Of a stretch of 64,000 nt of DNA, positions 46,128 to 61,469 are shown one piece after another (the first letter of the stretch is position 1; each line of letters starts with the position of its first letter). The notes beneath the pieces were generated by a model, which searched no databases, was not told the DNA's origin, and worked only from the letters and a program-made list of their open reading frames with translations. The stretch is from the NCBI RefSeq assembly GCF_009914755.1, contig NC_060931.1, one strand, 5' to 3'. This stretch comes from the human T2T-CHM13v2.0 reference genome, Homo sapiens. The position numbers were made by a program, and so were the translations under genes.

Positions 46128-46949
46128 GGTGGCCTGAGTCTCCTAAGGAAAGCAAGGGTGGGAAATAATGAGATCAGGTAGCAGATGGAAACTGAACACG
46201 AAGACATAGTACTGTGCCTGAAATAAGCTTCTGTGAATTTTCTGCTAATGTAGAAGGTCATTCTAGGTCCTAGACAGCCTTGAATCTAGAGGAAGAAAGA
46301 GATGACAGAAGCTAGATAAATGGAGTAAAGAAAAACATCCGTTGAATATAAATCCTTCCTTCCATGGATGCCACTGCCACCCATAATAGAAAATTTCATC
46401 TCATTGTACCCTTTCAGAATGATAGATATCACATCAGACCCACCCAGTAATAATGCCAGTAGTCTGTTTATATGACATGCACAATCATTTTAAAATCATA
46501 CACATATATATATAAAACAATTGTCTGTTTAAACTTAAAGATAATATTGAGATATATTAAATGTACATTTCTGCCCTGTAATTCCTTCACATGTTATATG
46601 CTATGGGCAAAGAAAACTTAATAAAGGAAAAAAAAAAACGCCACTTTCAGCCTTTTCAGTTTTCTCTTAGGACAAAATTGATTTTGCTTTTATTGACATT
46701 GTATAGATTGTGTCAAATTTGCATAGTAATTCTAAGCCTTTCCAGTTAATTGACTTTTATATACAATACAAAAAAGTCCCCCCATGTCCTGAACGTAGTG
46801 GTGAGGCAAGTCATTTGAGTGAACACCTGCACTCCTGTATCAATATATATGGTTGTTTTGGGAGGTTAATCAATCAATATTTTAAAATAAAAAGGTAAAG
46901 AAAACAATGATAAATATCCTAAAGACCTATGAATAGGTGAGAATTGAAG

Positions 46950-47190
46950 AGAGGCAGTATGGAATTGCAGTGTATAGTGAGAATTCTAAAGTTAGAAAAA
47001 CAGGATTCAACTTTCATATGCCACATATTAGCTCTGCGATTGTAAAAATGTTACTTAATTCCTCTGATTCTAATTTCTCATTTGTAAATTGGAAGTAATA
47101 ATAAAACTATAGGGTTTCTTTTTGAAAATAAAATGAGATGCAGCATTTAACACATTGCCTGGAACAGGTTAACTGTTAGTTTCTATTACT
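46950..47190 (+). mobile_element. MIR
   Basis: GAGGCAGTATGG...GTTACTTAATTCCTCTG...TTTCTCATTTGTAAATTGG. Confidence 0.7.
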
Positions 47191-47369
47191 TAGAGCAGCA
47201 CATTGAGATAACTCATTAAAATATATCTAATATTTTTTACTCTACGGGAAATGGGAGAAAAAAAGACGAGTATGTAAAAGGTTTTACTTCTTAAGTGTAT
47301 TACTAGAGTAAAGACCACAGGAATGCATGCTTGACAACATAAGGGAAAAATGTTTTCAATCACATTTTA

Positions 47370-47600
47370 AGACAGCATAGCTGATGTAGAAGGGTCTAGA
47401 AAAGTCATGCAGACAAGGTCATGCAGAAAATTCCAGCCTTGACTCTTTTGGCTGGGTGATCTGGGGCAAGTTGCTTAATCTTTTAAAGCTCAGTTTCCTC
47501 TCTGTGTTTTAGGAATAATAAAAGTACTTTCCTTAAAGGGTGGTTGTTGAGAATTAAAAGAGAGGATGTTTAGCATAGTGTCTGGTACACTGTCAAGGTT
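47370..47600 (+). mobile_element. MIR
   Basis: TGATCTGGGGCAAGTTGCTTAATC...CTCAGTTTCCTC core. Confidence 0.7.
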
Positions 47601-48169
47601 TAGGAAATACAGGGATAAGCAGAACATGCTGGTATGCATGAAGGTAGCATTTACTTAACACATGTTCACTGAGTGTTTACTATGTATGGGGCATTGTGAT
47701 GAAGTTTGTAAGAAACATCAAGATGCACAAGGCATCATCTCTGCTATTATACAGCATTCACTACTTTAGAAATTGATCTTCCTGACAGAAGAGATTGGGT
47801 TTCGTTCTCTGTATTCTCATTGCTTGGCACAGTCGCTAGCATATAATATGTGCTTAGCAATATTTTTAAATTGAGTAACTGTAATGATAAATACACACAC
47901 CTCCTTTCTAATGAAAACTGAGTTTGAGGAAAGAAAAATTGAATTCCCTTCAAGGGAGAAAGAGATCTCACTCTTTAGTGGCTGTTTTACCTGCTTCCAA
48001 CAGTATTATTGTTTGGCTGCTTTTATTTGTTGTCCGCTACTCCTGGTGGATTTTGCTCCTGTTATTATCGCATTCGTCATTATAATTACTTCTGACCCAA
48101 CCACAAATAGGTCCTCTAATTTGATCAAGATCTCTCTCGATCTTTATGCACCAAGCTCATTTATTTAGT

Positions 48170-48357
48170 ATATTGGCTTTCAAAGTGTAGTGCCTGGATA
48201 AACAGCATCAGTATCACCTGGGACTTGTTAGAATTGAATATTCCTGGGACCTATCCCAGACTTACTGAGTCAGAAACTCAGGAGGTGGGTCACAGAATCT
48301 GTATTTTAATGAGCCCTCCCAGCAATCCTGATGCACTCAAACATTTAAGAACTGCTT
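48170..48357 (+). mobile_element. MER5A (hAT-Charlie MITE)
   Basis: TCAAAGTGTAGT...CAGCATCAGTATCACCTGGGACTTGTTAGA...TACTGAGTCAGAAACTC. Confidence 0.85.
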
Positions 48358-49712
48358 TCATAGCTTCCCCCAACTGTTGTCTCTCTCTTAAAGTATATGT
48401 TTTTTTTCTTCTGCCGCGGTTCTTGGAATAAATTATAGAACTTGAGCTGAATGAATTCTTGTAACTAAACTGAACAATGACATCCCTGCCATGTTCTGTC
48501 CCAATAGTGGGTTCCACAGAGTGCCAGGCTGACACTCAGGCCTTGTCAGGTTTCTTGTCTCTAGATCCATTTCTGACCTTTCCAAGTTGTCACCTATAAA
48601 ATTAGATTTTTTTTAAATTTTTATCTTTCTTTAAGAAAGTTGATCCTGGTGTCTAGAGGTCTAATTCTGCACCACAGATCAGTTTCACTGTCTGGTGACT
48701 TAAAGAGTCTTAATGCTGTTGGACTCTGTTATGTTATTCCATTCACTGAGGTAGGCATGGAATCCCTACAGCCTCCCTCTCTGATTCACAAATCACAAAG
48801 TATTTAGCAATATATGGTAGATTTATAATGTTCATAACAGTTAGTCAATGTGAGACATTCAGCAGCCAGAGTTCACTTTCCTTAGGAGGTCAGCAGAGGA
48901 GACTTCTTGGTGATGTCATCACACTTGTCTTGAAAGACCTTTGAGGGCCAGCCACTATTACTAAAGAAAAAAGTATAAGGTGATAAATAGAGTAATAGTG
49001 AGATAAATATATCACTCTATTCTCAGGAGAGTAGGAAGTCAGATGATCTTACCTAACTATTTGACCTGACACTATTTTTTGAAAAAAAATTCTAATCTTA
49101 ATTGTAGTTCTCATTTAAAGACCTGAAGAGTTTTTTGTTTGTTCATTTGTTTTTGTTTTTTATATTTGTGCTTAAGCTATTTCAAAGCTTATGAATGGAA
49201 ATTATTTTATAAATCTTTTGATTCATAGAAGTTTCAACCCATAACACTGAAGGAAAATATTGGCATGCCAAGAATTGTGATTCCATACAGGAATAGAATG
49301 TCATGCAAAAAAAATTAAAAATGTATGTTTTCTGATTAATATGCCATATTCTTATTTTCCTGGACCTTTAAAAATCATAAGAATTGCTATGGATCAGCCT
49401 CACACACCACTCTTTGGATGGTTGTAAGTTCTAGTAGAAGTACATAGTGCTGACCCTTTTAAAATTTCTCTGTTTTACACAGAGAATATAATAATATATG
49501 CACCCATATTGACTTCTCTTACATTTTTTTTCTGAAAATAATGAGTACATCTACTGTTGAAGCAAATGCAAAGATTAATCACTTGTAATTTTCCCATCAT
49601 ATATATAAATCGCACCTTTATTTCTGGCTTTCACAGAAAGTAAGTTTCAAAATGAGTTTCAATAAATACATATTATCAAAGTTAAACATGAGAATGAATT
49701 TACTTTCATTAA

Positions 49713-49820
49713 AAATCAATGTTGGACATTATTATTAAGAAGAGCAAGGTGACAAAAATGTAGTGGAAATCAATGTTGGACATTATTAAGAAGAGCAAGG
49801 TGACAAAAATGTAGTGGAAA
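49713..49820. repeat. Tandem duplication, 54/51-bp unit
   Basis: AAATCAATGTTGGAC(ATT)nAAGAAGAGCAAGGTGACAAAAATGTAGTGG twice. Confidence 0.97.
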
Positions 49821-51895
49821 CATCCAAATAGTCAAATGATCTATTGTTATGAATTTACCTACGTTAAATTGATCATTTGTTAATTATGTTGTTATGTTAA
49901 TTATATTATGTTAATTATGTTGTTAATTTGATCATTAGTGAGGGAGGAAGATCCAGTAGTTAAAGAAGGCGGGGATGCTAACTGTCCTTGCTATGTAGTA
50001 TGTCACAAGGAAAACTGGTCTCAGAGCAAATAACATTAAAAGCAGGCATAACAAGTGTCATACCACTCTCTAAGCTCTATTAAATTCCAGATCCTGTTCT
50101 TTTTGATGCTCTGACAACACCTTGAATGTTTACTTGAGATATAATTCATAATATTGTAGCAGCAACATTCAGCTAACCTTTTGGTCAAAATCAGGGCACA
50201 TACAAAATCTCCAAATAAGCTTCCGAACACACTGACAATTCAATTCTCAAGGTTAAGGTGACAATCCAGAGGGCTGTAAGTTATTGAGATCTCTGGGTCC
50301 CTCTACTTCATTCTTTTGTGCAGAAGCAATTGTATGGCACTTCTATCTTGTCCAAACTGGAAGACCAGCCGTTTCACTATTCAATTTGAAAGTATGCTTA
50401 TGTTATTTATCAAGCCTCTAGCCTTGATTGGAGATAATAATACTCAAATGCTTATAGTAGCTGACTGTGGTACATGGCCTTTGGATTACAATTCTTTAGT
50501 TGCTAGCTAACCAATCTTTCAGAATATTTTATTATTAAATAACTAACCATGAATTCTTATATTTCTGATTAGTACGTTTCAAATTGTATATTAAAACCAA
50601 TCTGCTGTGTACATTTGTGTGTGTGTGTGTGTGATTCATTGACAATATAACAAAAATTTTAACTTTCTTGAAAAGGATACTCTTCTCCTCTAACAGTACT
50701 CTTCTTTAGTCTGTTTTTAGCTGTCAGTACTTTGTGTAGAAAAATTTCCTCTGATATTTGTTTATAATTCCAACTGAGTTTATGTCTGAATTTGAACTTT
50801 TTAAACTTTTCCATGAATTAGACTGTGAGTTTCCTAGGTAGTAAGCTTTTGAGCACTTATCGTGATGCCTGACAAATTACAGATCCTCAATAAGTAGTTG
50901 TGGAATGAATGAATGAATTCTTGAACGGGCCTCCTTCCACAATTTTAGTACTCAGTCTATTACCCAGGCTTGTGATCTCTGAAATATTTTGTAGCTTTTG
51001 AATGTTATCTAACAAAACAATTTTTAAAACAATCAAAATATTTAAGTGACTTTTGTTACAGTAGGAATGATATAAAGTCTATGAATTAAATTTCACCTAA
51101 ATATAAATATTACAAAGTTGTAAGGGAGCTCTTCTAGAACAAAACCAAACAAAAAAGTAGTTTATCTGTATACAATCCAAAAATATGGAAATCACTTTTC
51201 TTGTTCAAAGATAAATACATTATCAAAAAATGTGATACATTTTAGAGCTTCTATTGCTCAATGGATATGGGAATAAAATAAGAAAACACAAATAACTTCG
51301 ATTCAGCCTTTAACCCCGAAGCCACATGTTTCCACTAACAAGAAGAAATCCTTGAGAGAAACTTTCAGCAAAAAGAATGTTGACAGAAGAGCTTTGAGTT
51401 AGTCCTGGGTCTTTGCTTAATGAGATAAAGAAGCAATCTTGGCAGACAACTTACTGTAAAATTCCAACAGTCTTTCTCTTTTCATGTCATCAAAACTTTA
51501 ATTTTCTAAATCTGTTTACTGGGAAGGGCAAAGAGTTCTCCTGTAAGACTTAGATGTGTATTTTAAGTTCCAAGAACTGATGAGTTATAACCTTGAAACT
51601 GGGAAAGCTTTCACATTTCTTAAAATGTATTGTAGAAAACTGTTTTTTAGTCTCTTAAAGTTGAAAACTGTATTTGCTGAAAGAGGTTGGTTTTGCTTAC
51701 CATCATGTGGCAATTTATCATTGACCATGACCCAGTGATCTAGCTATGATTAAGTAAATCTGATTTAAAAAGTCTGCAGTTTCTCCAGAATTAGAAATAT
51801 ATATAATGATATTTCCCTTGAAAAACTTATTTTGTAAGTAAAAGCAGTATCTAATAGATTAACTTTAAAACATAATGTAAAATCTTTTTGTGTAA

Positions 51896-51956
51896 ATACA
51901 ATATACAATTTGTATAAAGATATACAATATACAATTTGTATAAAGATATACAATAT
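51896..51956. repeat. 26-bp tandem repeat, about 2.3 copies
   Basis: ATACAATATACAATTTGTATAAAGAT twice plus a partial copy. Confidence 0.95.
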
Positions 51957-52127
51957 TACTCCTGGAATAATAGCATGCATGCACTGCCTTTTTTTCGTTA
52001 AGGTAACACATTTCTATGACATTTTTAAGAAGAAATTGTTTTAAAATATCTATGCTAAAAACATCATTACTTTTCTTGGTCCTAACCCTGATCACCAGTC
52101 TCTGGAAGCAATCACTTTCACTTTAAA

Positions 52128-52362
52128 TGTGTGTGTGTGTTTGTGTGTGTGTATGTATACATGTATATGTCTTGGGCACTTTCTTCAGAGAATTTCACAG
52201 GTGTAAATGGAATAATCAGGACATATCTATATCTCTTTATATATTTCTATAGAGAGAGTGTGTGTGTATACATATGTATATATAGTTACAGTGTATATAT
52301 AGAGAAAGTTATATAATGTGTGTGTATATATATATATATATAAATATATATATGTATATGCA
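52128..52362. repeat. (TG)n/(TA)n low-complexity region
   Basis: Several dinucleotide runs. Confidence 0.8.
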
Positions 52363-52779
52363 TATAATTTTCCTTATAAAATATCCCTCCTGTAGTCCTC
52401 CATCCTCCTGTTTCTACCTGCATTCTTCACTGCCTGGGCTGGCTACTCCTGGTATTTCTCTTTGTCATTGCCCTGATTATGAGAGGCTAAACAAAAGTCA
52501 TAGATACTTTGTAAAACAATGACCAGTGTAAAAATAAAAAGTAAACAAGTGTCCAAAAGTTCTAATGGGTGAATAATATTCAACTGTATTGTTTTACCAT
52601 AAATTTTGCAATAAAATCCCTGTCATTATCATTTAAGTTCCTCTTTACTTACTAACATTTCTCTAAACAGTCTTGCATAAAATTGATTTGTGTAATTTTC
52701 TAAGCACTGTGGATATGGATATGTTTCCATGGCAAAATTTTAATGTTGGTCGTTCTGGGTGATGTGTTCATAGGCTATT

Positions 52780-53262
52780 TTATTTTAATGATAAAATTTG
52801 TTCAATTCGGGACTCGCAGCCAAGATGGCCAAATAGGAACAGCTCCGGTCTACAGCTCCCAGCATGAACGACGCAGAAGACGGGTGATTTCTGCATTTCC
52901 ATCTGAGGTACCAGGTTCATCTCACTAGGGAGTGCCAGACAGTGGGTGCAGGACAGTGGGTGCAGCGCACCGTGCACGAGCCGAAGCAGGGCGAGGCATT
53001 GCCTCACTCGGGAAGCACAAGGGGTCAGGGAGTTCCCTTTCCTAGTCAAAGAAAGGGGTGACAGAAGGCATCTGGAAAATCGGGTCACTCCCACCCTAAT
53101 ACTGTGCTTTTCCGACAGGCTTAAAAAGCGGTGCACCAGGAGATTATATCCCGCACCTGGCTCGGAGGGTCCTACGCCCACGGAGTCTCGCTGGTTGCTA
53201 GCACAGCAGTCTGAGATCAAACTGCAAGGTGGCAGGGAGGCTGGGGGAGGGGCGCCTGCCAT
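52780..53262 (-). CDS. L1 ORF0, extended open frame (160 aa); translation unproven
   Basis: ATG 53262, MAGAPPPASLPPCSLISDCC..., open until TAA in the flanking DNA at 52780. Confidence 0.4.
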   Translation of the reverse strand: MAGAPPPASLPPCSLISDCCASNQRDSVGVGPSEPGAGYNLLVHRFLSLSEKHSIRVGVTRFSRCLLSPLSLTRKGNSLTPCASRVRQCLALLRLVHGALHPLSCTHCLALPSEMNLVPQMEMQKSPVFCVVHAGSCRPELFLFGHLGCESRIEQILSLK

Positions 53263-53845
53263 TGCCCAGGCTTGCTTAGGTAAACAAAGCAGCCAGGAAG
53301 CTGGAACTGGGTGGAGCCCACCACAGCTCAAGGAGGCCTGCCTGCCTCTGTAGGCTCCACCTCTGGGGGCAGGGCACAGACAAACTAAAAGACAGCAGTA
53401 ACCTCTGCAGACTTAAATGTCCCTGTCTGACAGCTTTGAAGAGAGCAGTGGCTCTCCCAGCATGCAGCTGGAGATTTGAGAATGGGCAGACTGCCTCCTC
53501 AAGTGGGTCCCTGACCCCTGACCTCCGAGCAGCCTAACTGGGAGGCACCCCCCAGTAGGGGCAGACTGACACCTCACACGGCCGGGTACTCCTCTGAGAC
53601 AAAACTTCCAGAGGAATGATCAGACAGCAGCATTCGCGGTTCACGAAAATCCTCTGCTCTGCAGCCACCACTACTGATACCCAGGCAAACAGGGTCTGGA
53701 GTGGACCTCTAGCAAACTCCAACAGGCCTGCAGCTGAGGGTCCTGTCTGTTAGAAGGAAAACTAACAAACATAAAGGACATCCACACCAAAAACCCATCT
53801 GTACATCACCATCATCAAAGACCAAAAGTAGATAAAACCACAAAG

Positions 53846-54861
53846 ATGGGGAAAAAACAGAGCAGAAAAACTGGAAACTCTGAAAAGCAGAGCGCCTCTC
53901 CTCCTCCAAAGGCACGCAGTTCCTCACCAGCAACGGAACAAAGCTGGACGGAGAATGACTTTGACGAGTTGAGAGAATAAGGCTTCAGATGATCAAACTA
54001 CTCCGAGCTACAGGAGGAAATTCCAACCAAAGGCAAAGAAGTTAAAAACTTTGAAAAAAATTTAGACAAAAGTATAACTAGAATAACCAATACAGAGAAG
54101 TGCTTAAAGGAGCTGATGGAGCTGAAAGCCAAGGCTCGAGAACTACGTGAAGAATGCAGAAGCCTCAGGAGCCAATGCGATCAACCGGAAGAAAGGGTAT
54201 CAGTGATGGAAGATGAAATAAATGAAATGAAGCGAGAAGGGAAGTTTAGAGAAAAAAGAATAAAAAGAAACGAACAAAGCCTCCAAGAAATATGGGACTA
54301 TGTGAAAAGACCAAATCTACGTCTGACTGGTGTACCTGACAGTGATGGGGAGAATGGAACCAAGTTGGAAAACACTCTGCAGGATATTATCCAGGAGAAC
54401 TTCCCCAATCTAGCAAGGCAGGCCAACATTCAGATTCAGGAAATACAGAGAACGCCACAAAGATACTCCTCGAGAAGAGCAACTCCAAGACACATAATTG
54501 TCAATTCACCAAAGTTGAAATGAAGGAAAAAATGTTAAGGGCAGCCAGAGAGAAAGGTCGGGTTACCCTCAAAGGGAAGCCCATCAGACTAACAGCGGAT
54601 CTCTCGGCAGAAACTCTACAAGCCAGAAGAGAGTGGGGGCCAATATGCAACATTCATAAAGAAAAGAATTTTCAACCCAGAATTTCATATCCAGCCAAAC
54701 TAAGATTCATAAGTGAAGGAGAAATAAAATCCTTTACAGACAAGCAAATGCTGAGAGATTTTGTCACCACCAGGCCTGCCCTAAAAGAGCTCCTGAAGGA
54801 AGCACTAAACATGGAAAGGAACAACTGGTACCAGCCACTGCAAAATCATACCAAATTGTAA
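53846..54861 (+). pseudogene. L1 ORF1p, disrupted
   Basis: ATGGGGAAAAAACAG start; TAA near 53978; 1-bp deletion near 54504. Confidence 0.94.
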
Positions 54862-54921
54862 AGACCATCGATGCTAGGAAGAAACTGCATCAACTAACGA
54901 ACAAAATAACCAGCTAACATA

Positions 54922-58750
<3,829 letters not shown>

Positions 58751-59403
58751 ACAATGAGAACACATGGACACAGGAAGGGGACCATCACACTCCGTGGCCT
58801 GTTGTGGGGTGGGGGGAGGGGGAAGGGGGGAGGGAGAGCAATAGGAGATATACCTAATGCTAAATGACGAGTTAATGGGTGCAGCACACTAGCATGGCAC
58901 ATGTATACATATGTAACTAACCTGCACATTGTGCACATGTACCATAAAACTTTAATAATAATAAAATTAAAAAAAATTGTTCAATTCAAATTTTCAACAA
59001 TGGACATGTATTCGCATTTATAATTTTGAAAAGAAAAAAATGGACAATGGTATTTTTATACTATTTTAAGCTCCCCAATGGCAGACATTATTTTCACTGA
59101 ATCATGACCAAGTCAAGTTCAGTGCTGGGAAGAGGGGACTTACATTAAATATATAATCAGTTACTTCCAGGCTCTGCCTCTTATTGGATAAGGATAGACA
59201 CTGTGACATCAGAGATCACCGTGCTGTGGACCGAACAAATGCCATGTAAACAGTGACCATGACCTTTTATGATCACTGTCTTTCTGGAATTTGACAAACT
59301 CAGAGAAAAGTTTAGAGGAATGTATAGACTAAATAGTCCATTTGCTATTGTGACATTGATGATGAAACCTTTAAGAAACTTTTGATTTAAAATGTGTTCA
59401 TGA

Positions 59404-60911
59404 CCTTGTGTTCATAATTTCACAATTGAGAGGCGTCCCTCCACATTCTTGGAACTGTGCACCCATTGGAACCTTTAAGGTAAATCTAACCAGGGAAGTT
59501 TCTCCTCAGAAGAAGATGGCATCCTTGATGTGAACAGCTTTTCCCAAGATCATGAATCAAGACTTCTGTACTATCTTGAGACTCTTATCTTTGAGTAATT
59601 TTTCCCCTTGTTTAGGCCTCTATGAACAATAGAAATGAAAAGAGGTCTTCTGTGTGCACTTACTGGGTATACTTTTACTTGTGAAGGATTTGGCAGCCAG
59701 ACTTATATGTAGATAACCTTATATTTTGATAGATAAAATATGAAAGCCCAATGTAGGTGAGAGACTTAAATGGTACATACGTTGCCTCATAATCAGTCAG
59801 AAACAGAACTTTGGTTCACTCCCTTTGACCCACATCATGTGTTAAAGAGAAGGTTGCCAGGAGGCCTTCACTCTTCTAGAAGGGCATCATTTGTTAGGTA
59901 CTTTTTCCATGGTTTGGAGTAAAAGAAGCAATGATTAGAAATGTATCCCTCATGATAAGCTGTCTAGCAAACTCTACTTTAAAGGCTATAATTACACAGC
60001 AGATTTTAAATTCTCTTGTGAAAGTTATGCTAAATAATCGAATTGCTTTAGATTGCTGACTGGCTAAACAGAAGTATCTGTGCAGCTGCTGGCACTTATG
60101 TCTTGTGGAGAAAGCATTGGGTATTACAGACACTCAGTTGTAGGGGATTAAGAAGAGGACTACTTAATCAAGCGAGTAAACTCTTTATCTAGCTCATTCT
60201 TTGATCTATTTGATTTTAAGTGATTTGGTTTATGGAGACCCTAGTAGGGACCATACTTTCAACTCTTGGTGTTATCCTCCCGATAGTCATAATAGAAGTC
60301 TCCCTGGTGTGCTGTATGCTCTCAAAGGTTTTAAATGTTTGCATTCAGACATCTCCAGAATGTCAGGTAGTCTCTCTTCAACAGAAATGACAAGAGCTGA
60401 AAGAACTATGCAACCATGGGAAAACCGTAATCTATGAATGAGGTGCTAAGACCGGAAACCCAAAATGATGGTAACTGAGAGTAGCATTAAGGCCCTAAAG
60501 TTTGGTCACACTCTCACCTAAATGAGAACCTGACCAAAAAGGGGGAATTCTTAAAACAAAATTACGGGAGGCTATTGTTTGGACTGAGCTCAATCACTAG
60601 GCACCAACAGAAGAAACTGTATAAAAATGGAGTCACTTGTGCTAAGTGTGACATAATCAAGCTAAGACTTTAAGGAAACACATAGATCCTAGAACAGACG
60701 AGGTTTTGTTTTTCTCCTGCAAACAGGACGTTTCTGTATAAGGAGGTACCATCTACTCAATCCTCATTCCCACCTTGCAAAACCCACTGTTCTACTGTTT
60801 TCCAGTGGGTTTCAAGACCAAATAAGTACATTTACGATGGTGATAGTGACATCGATGAATAAAGTTTTGGCCAATCTCTCAAAATTGAGAAAATGACCAA
60901 AAGCGGGGAAT
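59404..60911 (+). mobile_element. MER57-family ERV1 internal 3' region (pol C-terminus and env relics)
   Basis: PCVH/ISQLR integrase C-terminal relic at 59404; env TM relic FPWFGV...MLNNRIALDC*LAKQ (60027-60071); polypurine tract AAAAGCGGGGAA at 60899-60910. Confidence 0.8.
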
Positions 60912-61315
60912 TGTTAAAGCAAACTAACTGTGGCCTAAGAAGGACTCCTTACTTTTATATCTGAGTCCTTGTGGATGAACCATAACCTAACTTAATAGGT
61001 AGACAAGATTGAAAACCTGACTTAGAAGTATGGGATTGTCACAATATCTGAATCTTGGCAAATCCCAGCAGCCATACTTCAACCAGTCATAGACTGCTGA
61101 GTGTTTAAACTGTGTTCAAAGAGGGCAAACACTGAACTGTAACCAATCCAGTTGTTTCCATACCTCACTTCCAATTTCTGTAGGCCACTTCCCTTTTATG
61201 TCTATAGATCTTCTTCCACCATGTGGCTGTACTAGAGTCTCTGTGAACCTGCTGTGATTCTGGAGGCTGCCTGATTCACGAAGGTTTCATTGCTTCACTA
61301 AACTCCTTTAAATTT
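60912..61315 (+). mobile_element. MER57A-type LTR lacking its U5/CA end
   Basis: TGTTAAAGCAAACTAA...GGCCTAAGAAGGACTCC...CTCCTTTAAATTT, then A-rich tail and TSD. Confidence 0.85.
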
Positions 61316-61469
61316 AAAATAAAATAAAATGTGTTCATGAACATGAGTTCTAGGTTGGTTTTGGCAGTTTTGTAAGATCAATAAAAGCTTCATTTAATTT
61401 ATTTGAAAACAGTGTTTAGGAATACCCCAAAGTATGTTCTCACATCGAGGGATTTAGAAAGTGAAAACC

